Origin: Schmidtea polychroa
Taxonomy: Eukaryota
DNA length: 64,000 nucleotides
NCBI GenBank assembly: GCA_044892525.1
Contig: CM097885.1
Coordinates: forward strand, 30,816,001 to 30,880,000
Direction of reading: 5' to 3'
Shown: piece after piece, positions 1 to 10,700 of the stretch
Numbering within the stretch: position 1 is the first letter of the stretch
Layout of the letters: the number at the start of each line of letters is the position of its first letter
Made by a program: the position numbers and the translations under genes
The notes under the pieces: generated by a model
What the model saw: only the letters and a program-made list of their open reading frames with translations
Told to the model about the DNA's origin: nothing
Databases searched by the model: none

Positions 1-2679
1 CGACGATTAACGTATCAATGTCAATTTTGTTAGTGACGCACACACTTTTATCATTAGTTAGTTTTATTTTTATTAATATGGCTTTAATATTTTGTCATTA
101 AGGCTTTTATGCATTGCACTTTGCCGCATAAAATATAATTTCATTAATTTTTTAACTATTTCGAAACTCTTTCGCTGCTAACCGCACCAATATGCGCTTG
201 CGAATATGTATATTTTTCTATATAATTTAAATAGCAACACTTTTTATCTCGTAACCAGGGAGAACTCAAAAAATGATAAATAATAAAATATAAAATCAGA
301 AGTGCTTATCGCATATTAATCATTAATTTTTACTTGAATTTTCTAGGATATTATATTTTGATAAGTTTTTCTCCTGTCTTTGTAACAAAAAATTTCTCCT
401 TCTTATATGGTAATCAGCAGCGCGGCCAGCCTTAAGCATATTCTTCTGATTTACTCAAGTATTTCACTTCATTTAAAACCAATTATGAAAAAACGAAAAT
501 AAAAAATTTTTTGAAAATAGATTTTTCAAAAAAAATTTAACAAACATTTGTTTATTAACTTTTGTCATTTATTAGAAAGTTTAATTAATATTTGTCAACA
601 TTAATGAAACTAATGGTTAACTCTTGGTAATTTGAATTTCAAAATATTTTTATAACAACATTGAATTAAGATTTTGTAAAACTTTTATTAAACGAACTGA
701 ATAATATTGACATTTAGCGTTGTTTACAATTTTTCCACTTATAATTTTCCATACTGGTAATATAACTCCACTTGATGCTATTTAGAAACCCTGGATACAT
801 ATTTTCAAATTCCATTTAACATCTGGTTTAAAAGGTATTTGGTTATTTTCTTCATAAAATTTACTTGATGGTCCAGCTAGAAATGATCCGCTTTCAGAAA
901 CTACAAGGTCCTTATTGATACATGCAAGTAATGTACCAATAGCATCTTGATCACCTTAATCAAATTGTTCGATCTAATAATTATAGCATGTCTTCACTAA
1001 AACGATAGGATTCGTCAAATTATAATCTATTGGTTTCTTCAATAAATGCATTTCATAATAGTGGAAAGTATAAACTGGTTTAAATAATGACTGTTCCTTC
1101 TTAATATTTCTCATCTTTAGTTTTTGAAATAATGACAAAATCCAGGTAAAATATACATATTGTTTAATATACACAACCCTTTCTTTTGGTCGTAAAATTG
1201 AATAGATTTGAGGTCTTACGAAATTTGTATATTTTAATATTTATATGTTTTAATCGGTTTTTGGTATATACTAAGAGATTGTAAGAGTCCAGCAGAGTCT
1301 TCTTTAAAATCTATTTTGGGACTGCTGGGGTGCATGTGTGTCGAGTGCAAAAAAAAGGTATTTAATTGAATAAATATAAATATTAGCGCTCGAATAAATT
1401 GATAACAATATAAATAAATTATCAACAACTTTATTCAATTAATATAAACAAATAAAACCTTTGACCGCCCTGAATTGCTTGATATATTGGAGGGACAGAT
1501 ATGTTCTCGAATTTGGTTATTCTCAATCTAATTTACAATCTTGATTGAAAGGAAAATTGATAGAGGTGATGGTTAATATGACGTATGACTAAAAGTGTTA
1601 TTGTCGCGTACACAAAAATGTTATAAGTTCAGATTCAGATTCTCTCTGGGAAAAGAATAGTAGTCGAATGTTTTCCTTTGATTATTTCGAATTGCTAGGT
1701 GTGATGGAGGTTAGATATATCCCTTATATATTTTTTCTTCTTATAATTTCTTCTCTTTGGTTTTCTTTGAGATATTTAACTTTTGTATTAAACTTTCGAA
1801 TTTTTACTTTGTATCTTTTAATTTCCTTATTTCTTCTAGTTGTTTTGTTTATATTTTATTATTGACTTTGTATTTTTTTTAATTTTTGATCAATAATTCC
1901 ATAACAATAATTCCCATGTTAAATTATAGCCATAATAATTATCTTATAATAATAATTAACAACATAAATAAAAATAATGCATTCATTACAGATTTGCTAT
2001 CATTTCATTTCAACTAAATTAAATGACTGTAATAATATGTAATCATTATGCATTCATTTTACAACATTCAATCAGATTAAATCATTTTATATATACCGAT
2101 CGTCAAATGTTTTAGCAAAACTTACTTTTTGAATTTACATTTGTGAATAAATTTTAAATTAAATTTAATGTAACTATTTAGACTATATTGTTCATTAACT
2201 TTATATTTAATGTTAACCGTTTGCGGACGGTAGGTCAGCAGTGCTGGCCTTAAATGCTTATACCAGGGATGGCAATTACATGGCACGCGTGCCAAACTTG
2301 GCACGCAGACAAAAAACTTCTGGCACTCTAAGAAATTTAAAAAAAGAAGTAGAAAAAATTCTTATTATAAAATAATTACTGCTTTTTAAAAAAAAATTTG
2401 GACCCAAAATTTTAATCAACGGCTTTGAATTGAATTCTATATTTTTTTCTCTTGTTGGCTTTGCGTTATTAAATAACGCAATTAATTATTAAATTTAGTT
2501 TATTTTGGCACTTTAATAAAAACCTATTTGCCAAAATAACGGTTATTTTGTACATACGTATATGGTTGTGTTATAATTCTTGTATATTCTTACATCAGTT
2601 TTTAGTTTTGTTTTAACTTGTGCAGTTCAATAAAATTTGTGTTTAATTTTAAATAAAATTTATTTTTTGCTGAATTAAA

Positions 2680-4601
2680 ATGGTACCAAAAAAACCAAAA
2701 CTACAAGATATTCGTAGCTTTGTACTCTCTTGGACTGCTGATTACGGTTTTGTTAAACATGGAGATAAAAGTCGGTGCGGTCTGTGCTCTGAAATTATTG
2801 TATGTCGAACGTCTTCTATTAAGCGACATTTTGAAACCAACCATAAAGAAATTGCCGAAAAAAATATTGAAGAAAGAAAAGAACTAATTTCTCAACGATT
2901 AAAAATAGCTGAAAATCAATCGAATTCATTATCAAAATTTGTAAAAACCAACAGCAATGTTACAGAAGCTAGTTTTGAAATTTCTTATTTGATTGCTAAG
3001 CAATCAAAACCATTTTCTGATGGAGAGTTTGTAAAAACGGTTATGTTAAAAGCGGCCGAAAGTTTGTTTCAATATTTTAATAATAAAGAAAAGATTATTC
3101 AAAGAATTCGAGAAGTCCAGCTAAGCCGAAATTCAGTTAAAGATAGAATTTTAAAAATAAGTGCGAATATTTCTGATCAACTTTACAACGATGTTAATAG
3201 CTGTGACTACATTTCAATTTGCCTCGATGAATCAACAGATATTAAGTCATCTGCCCGATTAGCAATCATTGCACGTTATCCGAAAGATAATGACATGCAC
3301 GAAGAACTTTTAAAATTAGCAAATATCCCAGAAAGAACAAGAGGTAGTGATATTTGTGAAGTTGTATTCAATGAATTAAACAAACTTAAAATAAATATTA
3401 AAAAAATCATTTCTGTAACGACAGATGGAGCTCCTAATATGACTGGACCAGAGATAGGTTTTGTTAATTTATTTCAAAACCTAGTTGGTCATCCAATAAT
3501 AGGCTTTCATTGCATTATTCATCAGCAAGTTCTTTGTGCAAAATTCGGAACTAGCGACTTCAAAGAAATATCAGAACAAGTTAATAAAATCATAAATTTT
3601 GTAGTTGCACGCGACATGCATAAAAGACAATTTAAAAAACTTTTAAATGATATGGATTGCGAATACGATACTCTCTTAATGTGCAATAGTGTACGTTGGC
3701 TAAGTCGAGCGACATCCTTAGAACGATTTGTGAATTGCTTGGAAGAAATTCGACTTTTTTTACACGAATTCGACAGGGATCGTTTTAAAGAATTATATGA
3801 TACAGAATGGTTAACAAAATTAATGTTTTTTACCGACGTAACATTACATTTAAACGTTCTTAATAAAAAATTGCAAGGACGAGGAAAAACAATTGAAGTT
3901 ATGTTTGGATTGATAAAGGGGTTTGAAATTAAATTAGATATTTTTGCTAGAGATATCGCATCTGGAAAACATAATAATTTTCCGAAACTTAAAAGTTTTT
4001 TAAATGAATCTACAATTTTCAAAAAAACTAATTGGAATTTTAATTACGAATTTTCTAAAGTTCTTGAAACTATAAAAGAACAATTTTCAAATCGATTTAA
4101 AGATTTTAAAGAATTGATAGGCTGTTGAAAATTGTAAATTATCCGGACTTATTCGATATACAGGATTTCGATAACAACCTTATTAATTGGATGAAATTAG
4201 AAAATTTAGAAATGCAGACAGTAGATTTGCAATCTAATCCTATTTGGACACAAAAATTTGTGAATATGCGAAAAAATATAGAAGAATTGGAATATCATCG
4301 ATTGTCACAGGATGGAGAGTCGGAATGCCGCATTGAAAACTTGATATTGGAAGTGTGGAATAGTATGCCAGAAGCATTTGCTTCTGTAAAAAAATTAGCA
4401 ATCGCAATGTTAACCATTTTCGCATCCACTTATTACTGTGAGAGTCTTTTTTCTGTACTTAATCATGTACTATCAAAGACAAGAAACAGATTAACAGAAG
4501 AAGACTCAGCAGCTTGTATTACCTTACAATCGACAACATACCATCCTGATATTAAAAACCTTGCAAGTAATATGAAGCAAAAAACTTCTAACAAAATTTA
4601 A
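2680..4601 (+). pseudogene. hAT transposase (GTF2IRD2/EPM2AIP1/SPIN-like), ~640 aa, one frameshift near 4120
   Basis: ORFs 2680-4128 and 4125-4601 together give a BED-like C..C...H...H, ICLDESTD, TTDGAPNM, HCIIHQ, VRWLS and C-terminal STYYCESLFS. The break is a single frameshift. Confidence 0.92.
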
Positions 4602-4830
4602 GAATTTTTTATTAAATTTATTTTTAAACTTTATAATTTTTTTTACTATTTCTTTATATTGAATAAATATTATCACATGAACTCAAATATTGAAATTTAT
4701 TTCTGTTTTCTTGTGAATAAAAAAATGAATAAAAAAATGAATAAAAAATGTATATATAGGTACATATAACAAATAAAAGTTACGAGGGCACGCGAAAAAA
4801 ATTGAATTTAAATTTAGTTTATTTTGGCAC

Positions 4831-4982
4831 AGTTAAATCCATCTTTAGATCCATCTTTAAATTTGCAGCAAAAATCTCGAAACTAACAATATATATTTAA
4901 TCAAAGAATTTCTAAATAACAAGTTTTAATTAATTCGCAAAACCGCCAATTCCAAATTATTTAAACAAACAGATATCTAACT
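4831..4982 (-). repeat. 3' LTR (152 bp, AGTTA...TAACT termini)
   Basis: Direct repeat of 9382-9533, 151/152 identical. Confidence 0.95.
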
Positions 4983-4993
4983 CTCCCCTTCTT
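4983..4993 (-). promoter_or_regulatory. Polypurine tract
   Basis: AAGAAGGGGAG on the minus strand directly before the 3' LTR, overlapping the pol stop codon. Confidence 0.85.
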
Positions 4994-7900
4994 AAGAATT
5001 TTTCCACTTCTTCAGCCACTCGATTCTTCTTTCTTTCGTTCCTTCTTGTGAATGTAGTTCGACTCGATGAGGTGATAGAAATCTGGCGATTTTATATGGG
5101 CCATCGTATTGCATACCATCCTTGTGCCTGTTCTGCGGCTCTTTACGTACGAGTACCTCCTCCCCCACCTCGAAAACACGAGTGCCCCTCTTTGTCTTAT
5201 CCATGGCTCTCATAGTGTCTGCGGCTTTACTCGAATTAAATCTCGCGTCTTCGATTCTTTCGCTTCTTGATATCTCGGCTTGTTTCAGGTTAGAGTGTAG
5301 GTTAACACTCCGTCCATAGATTATCTCAAATGGTGATAAACCTGTAGCACTTTGTCGACTGCTATTTATAGTGAACTCTATTCTGGGTAGAAGTTCGTGC
5401 CAGTTTCTCTCTTCACATCCGCCTGCCAATGTTGCTGTAATAAGATCTCTTATCGTTCGTATGGCTCTTTCGGCTAAACCATTTGATTGGTGCTGATAAG
5501 GTGAGCTGAATTCCTGTTTGATTCCAAGTTTCTGTAGCTTCTGTCTTAGGAAATTCCCTTCGAAATTTCGGCCTCTATCTGTTAAAATGCTCTTCGGTTT
5601 TCCAAATCGATAGATCCAACTATTAAGTATTGTTTTGAAAATGGTCCCTTCGTCTTGCTTTGTGATTGCAGTTAAAGAAATCAGTTTGCTAAAACGGTCC
5701 ACCATTACTACCATATATTTTTTCATGGCGTTTATTTCCATGTAAGCCACATCTAAAACAATCTGTTCTAGGAATTCAGAGCTATATCTAGGAATAAATG
5801 TTTCCTTGGTTCTTGTCTGATCGATCTTTCTCTTAGCGCAGATCTCGCAACATCGTAAACAGAGTTGGATTGTTTCTTGCATTTTCGGCCAATAAAATAT
5901 CTTTTCCATATAATGAAATAATTTCTTAACTCCAATGTGACATAGTTCTTCATGTAGTGTTGTTGTTAACAGGCCTGCAAATGTTTCTGGGACTAACATT
6001 AAGATATTTTTGTTCTTTTCTACTGTTATTAATCCTCCATCAATTCGTGTATTTTTTACGTTAAAAGGAAAACAATTCTTTTTCTCCCGTGTACATCCAT
6101 TTTCCAATATCTCTCGCAGCTCTTGTAACCGAATGTCCTTTTGTTGTTGTTCCCATACTTTTTCCATAGCTTCTGTTCTTTGGATAGTATATATATATAT
6201 AATCTTTGATTTTCCTTGCTTAGCTTCTTCATGTCTTGTTTGACACTGGGTGCAAATCATACTTTTTAATCTTGATAGTCCATCTGCATTCGAGTGTTCT
6301 TCTCCTTTCCGATATTTTAGTTCAAAATCATATTCCGACAGGTTAGCTAACCATGTTTGGAACTGCGGACTGATTGGCGTTTTTGTAGTGTTCATGAAAA
6401 CCAATGCCTTGTGGTCGGTGCGAATTATGAATTTTTTTCCGTACAGATATTCTCTAAAATGCATGACGTATTCATGTACGGCGAGCAGTTCTTTCCTGGT
6501 TACACAGTATCCCTTTTCATGTGATGACATATGTCTCGAGCCATAAGCTATGACAGATTCTTCTCCATCTTCTGTAATTTGACTCAAAACTGCACCAATG
6601 GCTCCAAAACTAGCGTCTGTGTCTAAGATAAAAGTCCTATCTTCTCTTGGAAAATCAAGGATAGGTGCTTCGCACAACCGTCTCTTCAGAGTTTGGAAGC
6701 TCTCATTGCATTCTTTAGTCCAATTTATATCTTTATCGCATCCAGATGTTGCAGCGTATAATGGTTCGGCGATTTTGGCATAGTCTTTGATGAATCTTCT
6801 ATAGTAGTTCGTTAATCCGAGAAACGATCTCAATTGTTTTGAACATTTTGGTACTTCTGCTTTCTCGATCTCTTCCACTTTCTTCCTGTTTGTCTGGATA
6901 CCCTTCTCGTTAATTGTGTGACCAAGGAAACACAATTCTGTTTTATTGAATTTGCATTTTTCTGGATTTATCTTCAGTCCTGCCACTTGAATTCTTCTGA
7001 ATATTTCCCTTAATAGCTCATCGTGGTCTTTTTGACTTTTACCATATACCAAGATATCATCTAGATAAACTACTACTCCCTTGAATAGCATTCCTTCTAG
7101 CATTGTGTGCATCAGTCTCTGGAATGTCGCAGGAGCTGTTGCTAAGCCAAATGGTAGTCTATTGAAGCAAAATTGTCCTTCTCTTGTACTGAATGCAGTC
7201 ATCTCTTGAATTTCTGGAGCTAACTCCACTTGATAATACGCCTGACCTAAATCGATTGACGAAAATATTTTTGCATTCGCGAGACAGTCTAGTAAGAATT
7301 TGGTGTTAGGCATCGGAAATGACTCTTTTTCTGCTATGGAATTTAATCCACGATAATCTACACAAATCCTGATAGATCCATCTTTCTTCCCTACTATCAC
7401 TAACGGGGCATTCCAATGACTCTTGCAACACCGAATAACATTTGCTTTCATTAACTCTTTTATCAGTTCTTCAATCTTTTTCTCCATGTGCATTGGTTGA
7501 CGTCGAGGATGTTGCATTATTGGGCCTCCTGTTATCCGCATCTCATGTCGAACTAAGTTTGTAAATCCCAGATCGAATTTCGATGCCATAAAAATTCCGC
7601 CGAATTCCCTGATCATTCCTTCAATATCTTTATTATTCTCACCTGCCATCGCCACTAGTGCTTTATTTATTCTTTCTTCATCAGTGTAAATTTTGTTTAT
7701 CAATGACGTTTCTATATTATTGATTTTCATTAACTTTACTCCAAACTCTTTCATTGTATCAATGCCCCCTATGAATTCGGGTTTGATCTCTTTTACCACT
7801 ACTACTGTGATCATTTTGGTCTTCTGATTCCACGTGGCCGGTATAGTCATGTATCCCATTGCTTCTTCACCTCCAGTTGAAAAAACTCCGCACAATAATA

Positions 7901-8051
7901 TCATACAACGTTTAAGTTCTGGTTTGCCTATTTTCTCCCACAAATTCTTGCTCATAACTGTTACTGATGCTCCAGAATCCCATAACATCTCTGTTTCGGC
8001 ATTATTCAACATTATTTTACTCCAATTTCTTCCATCTTTCGTCTGGTACAT
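4992..8051 (-). CDS. pol: Pol polyprotein (protease, reverse transcriptase, RNase H, integrase); frame stays open upstream to ~8180
   Basis: 1019-aa uninterrupted ORF: LWDSGA, LPFGL, YLDD, DTDAS, TDHKAL, H...H...CEIC zinc finger, D-D-E (DVA, TDRG, AERAIR), GPY motif. Confidence 0.96.
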   Translation of the reverse strand: MYQTKDGRNWSKIMLNNAETEMLWDSGASVTVMSKNLWEKIGKPELKRCMILLCGVFSTGGEEAMGYMTIPATWNQKTKMITVVVVKEIKPEFIGGIDTMKEFGVKLMKINNIETSLINKIYTDEERINKALVAMAGENNKDIEGMIREFGGIFMASKFDLGFTNLVRHEMRITGGPIMQHPRRQPMHMEKKIEELIKELMKANVIRCCKSHWNAPLVIVGKKDGSIRICVDYRGLNSIAEKESFPMPNTKFLLDCLANAKIFSSIDLGQAYYQVELAPEIQEMTAFSTREGQFCFNRLPFGLATAPATFQRLMHTMLEGMLFKGVVVYLDDILVYGKSQKDHDELLREIFRRIQVAGLKINPEKCKFNKTELCFLGHTINEKGIQTNRKKVEEIEKAEVPKCSKQLRSFLGLTNYYRRFIKDYAKIAEPLYAATSGCDKDINWTKECNESFQTLKRRLCEAPILDFPREDRTFILDTDASFGAIGAVLSQITEDGEESVIAYGSRHMSSHEKGYCVTRKELLAVHEYVMHFREYLYGKKFIIRTDHKALVFMNTTKTPISPQFQTWLANLSEYDFELKYRKGEEHSNADGLSRLKSMICTQCQTRHEEAKQGKSKIIYIYTIQRTEAMEKVWEQQQKDIRLQELREILENGCTREKKNCFPFNVKNTRIDGGLITVEKNKNILMLVPETFAGLLTTTLHEELCHIGVKKLFHYMEKIFYWPKMQETIQLCLRCCEICAKRKIDQTRTKETFIPRYSSEFLEQIVLDVAYMEINAMKKYMVVMVDRFSKLISLTAITKQDEGTIFKTILNSWIYRFGKPKSILTDRGRNFEGNFLRQKLQKLGIKQEFSSPYQHQSNGLAERAIRTIRDLITATLAGGCEERNWHELLPRIEFTINSSRQSATGLSPFEIIYGRSVNLHSNLKQAEISRSERIEDARFNSSKAADTMRAMDKTKRGTRVFEVGEEVLVRKEPQNRHKDGMQYDGPYKIARFLSPHRVELHSQEGTKERRIEWLKKWKNS

Positions 8052-8098
8052 CTCTTCTTCTGCCTCGTCTCTTCGTTGTTCATTTCCTATTTCACAAT

Positions 8099-9405
8099 TT
8101 ATTGTCTTGACTCCACCGACGAAATGAAACCCATGGAGTCGCTGATGTTTTTTCCGTCTTCTCTCAATATAGTATATTTCTCAGGGACATTGTATCTATC
8201 TTCCATATTGCTGTGATCCATTCTGAAATCCTGGCTGTTCTCGGTGTAATCTCTTGTTTCAGATTTTGAATCTTCTTCTTCTATGCACGCTATTCTTTGA
8301 TATTGTTGTGGAACATCTTTCCGTAACGAAAAACAATCTCGGAACCCGTGTCTTCCTTGCCACATATCAGACATTTATTTCCCAGTGGACACTCATACCT
8401 TCTATCTCCCCTTTCGCCACAGCAAAAACAATCACCTACCGTTAATTTTGGGACCGATGCTTGTGGTAGTCCTCTACTTTCATTGTACAGCCTCCTTGCA
8501 ATATTCTTCATGGATATTGTTGGCAGCTTCCTTTCTGAGCTATTCGGGATTCTCGCATTTCTCAAGAATTGTTGTCTTGGAGATTGTTCTCGACGACCAT
8601 GGTTATTTCCTTCGTATTGTATTGGTCCGCGTATAGGATGTTCGTCTCTTCTTGATCTGTGGTGACTAAATTGGTCCTCTGGTAGTCTTCTTTGTGATGA
8701 TGTATGCATGGGATCTTGGGTATTCTTTTGAATTCTCATCTTCCCTCCCTCAGTCACGCTAGCGTATGTTCTTTGACCGATTGCTTTAATAAATTCTGTT
8801 TTATGGTTTCCATTTTTGTTACTTTCAAAAATTTTCGCCAATGATCTCGTTTCTTCAATTTTTGTTTCTGGTTTCGTCAATAGTATCTCTCTCAGTCTCG
8901 CATCGCGTGCTTTATTTGCGATGAGATCTTGAACAATATCTTCTTCTGATCGTCCTGAATTTATAACTTCAGCTAAAGCTTTCCTTAGCCGTATTTCAAA
9001 AGCTGCAAACCTTTCATCATCTTCCTGTTCCATAGCTGCCAATTCTCTGATTTTGTCAGTTATTGATTTTGTAATTGTGAACGTATTTAAGAACCACGCT
9101 TTGGCTTTTACATCTGTTGTTTCTGTTTCTCTGACGTTTCCCCACAATGTCTTTGCTTCTGCCACTAATAACACATCGAAAGTGCTTGTCAATCGCTGTC
9201 CATTTGTCAGCAACCATTCTTCTATATCCCTGATCCATTCTTCGGCTTCTTTTAAACCTCGTCCATCATATCGTCTGATGTTCAATGTGAGCATGTCTTG
9301 GCATGATTTCGGTAGGCATTCCATTAGCGATTTTGTCGATTTTGAAATGGCGTTGATATTTTGATTTTCGGCGTGGTCGCCAGTTAAATCCATCTTTAGA
9401 TCCAT
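8099..9405 (-). CDS. gag: Gag with two CCHC-type knuckles; one-base frameshift near 8352 splits the second knuckle
   Basis: ORF 9405-8290 ends ...CFCCGERGDRRYEC...CLICGKE and continues as HGFRDC in ORF 8374-8099. Confidence 0.85.
8109..8153 (-). promoter_or_regulatory. Predicted programmed -1 ribosomal frameshift signal (gag to pol)
   Basis: A AAA AAC heptamer in the gag frame (8153-8147), 6-nt spacer, then a GACTCCA/TGGAGTC stem. The pol frame is -1 and open across the site. Confidence 0.8.
9372..9382 (-). promoter_or_regulatory. Primer-binding site TGGCGACCACG (probably tRNA-Arg)
   Basis: Begins on the last base of the 5' LTR; the same 11-mer follows the LTR at 44060. The tRNA assignment is from recall of tRNA-Arg(UCG) 3' ends and was not checked. 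Confidence 0.8.
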
Positions 9406-9533
9406 CTTTAAATATGCAGCAAAAATCTCGAAACTAACAATATATATTTAATCAAAGAATTTCTAAATAACAAGTTTTAATTAATTCGCAAAACCGCCAA
9501 TTCCAAATTATTTAAACAAACAGATATCTAACT
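9382..9533 (-). repeat. 5' LTR (152 bp)
   Basis: Direct repeat of 4831-4982, followed by the PBS. Confidence 0.95.
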
Positions 9534-9919
9534 GGCACTTTGATAAAAACCTATTTGCCATCCCTGGCTTATACGATATTAATTCCATCCGCAAACGGTT
9601 AAATGTTAAAAATATTTCGCTTTCTTTAAATAATATTTAAACAATTGTAAGTTTTCGCAATTTACAAAACGTCAAAAGTTTTCGCAATTAATATTTTCAT
9701 AAGGAAATATGCAAGTAAAGTTTAATTATTAAAATAATTTATAATTATGATGTTTATATTTAGAAATATGAAATTACAATTACTGAAAGACCAAGCAAAA
9801 AATTTGAGAAAGCCAAAATGGAAAGACATATAAAGAAATTATATACATTTTAGATATCTCTTTATTTTCTGCTAGAAATATATGTGTATATGTACCTAAG
9901 GAGAATGCTAAGATGGGTT

Positions 9920-10700
9920 CCAAAAGAAAAATTACGAAGAAGATTAACGTTCGAATAAAAAGATCGATTTCCAACATTCAACAGGCTGGCGAAAAAATTA
10001 TTTCACGAAAAATTGTCGAAGATACTGACTTAAACGTTTCCATTAAAACGGTACAAAGACATTAAGGATGGAATTAAAATACAAAAGAGCATCACCAATA
10101 ATTTATCTCACCAAGAAAAACAAATAAATACCATAACCAAGTGGAATGAATACCAGCACTTTTGAGAATTGACGGCATTCAGCGATGAGGAGATTCTCAT
10201 TGGATGGACCAGATGATTGGCGCAGTTATACCCCTAAATCACAGAAATTATACCGATGTTAACGTCAATGTGGAGGTGGCAATTTATTGATTTGGATACT
10301 TGTTATTCCAAGTGGTCTTCTCAGCTACAGAATTGTGTAAGGAAACCTAAATGCTGATAAATATATTGACCTCATACGGACAACTGCTGTGCCAATAATG
10401 AAACTAAATTATGGAGAAAATGTTACTTTCCAGGAAGATAATTCTCTGGCCCATAAAGCAAGAAAAGTTAGATATTTTTTAATATCTTCCAAAGTTAATG
10501 TCTTAGAAGTGGCTGAAGACGTCTGGAAGATTTTGTCCGATTACGTTTACAATGGCCCGCCATAATTTTTGGCAGAAAGAATCAAGAAAGTCATAATGAA
10601 TATTAATGATAGAAGAAGGCACATAATCCGGAATTTATATGTGGGTATGAGATCACAATTGCGCAAGGTACTTATTTGTAAAGGAAGGTTATGGAATAAA
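9920..10700 (+). pseudogene. Degenerate Tc1/Tc3-like transposase
   Basis: Manual translation across frameshifts gives LNVSIKTVQRH, FSDE.RFSLDGPDDW, RQCGGGNLLIW, FQEDNSLAHKA and EDVWKIL. TIRs not resolved. Confidence 0.8.

Larger units (their letters stand above)
4831..9533 (-). mobile_element. Full-length Ty3/Gypsy LTR retrotransposon (4703 bp)
   Basis: Two 152-bp LTRs differing at one base; 5-bp TSD GGCAC (4826-4830, 9534-9538); PBS, PPT, gag and pol in PR-RT-RH-IN order. Confidence 0.97.
2264..9566 (+). mobile_element. hAT DNA transposon, Buster/Charlie/SPIN type, carrying a Ty3/Gypsy insertion in its 3' subterminal region
   Basis: Perfect 12-bp TIRs CAGGGATGGCAA / TTGCCATCCCTG; perfect 8-bp TSD GCTTATAC (2256-2263, 9567-9574) with central TA; repeated subterminal TGGCAC motifs; internal transposase. 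Confidence 0.95.
2217..9598. mobile_element. Tiny (~71 bp) piggyBac-type TTAA MITE, split by the hAT insertion (pieces 2217-2263 and 9575-9598)
   Basis: TTAA (2213-2216) is followed by CCGTTTGCGGACGG; CCATCCGCAAACGG is followed by TTAA (9599-9602). TIRs match 13/14. Confidence 0.75.

Noticed and set aside
5122..9364. Many short plus-strand ORFs
   Set aside because: Antisense shadows of gag/pol.
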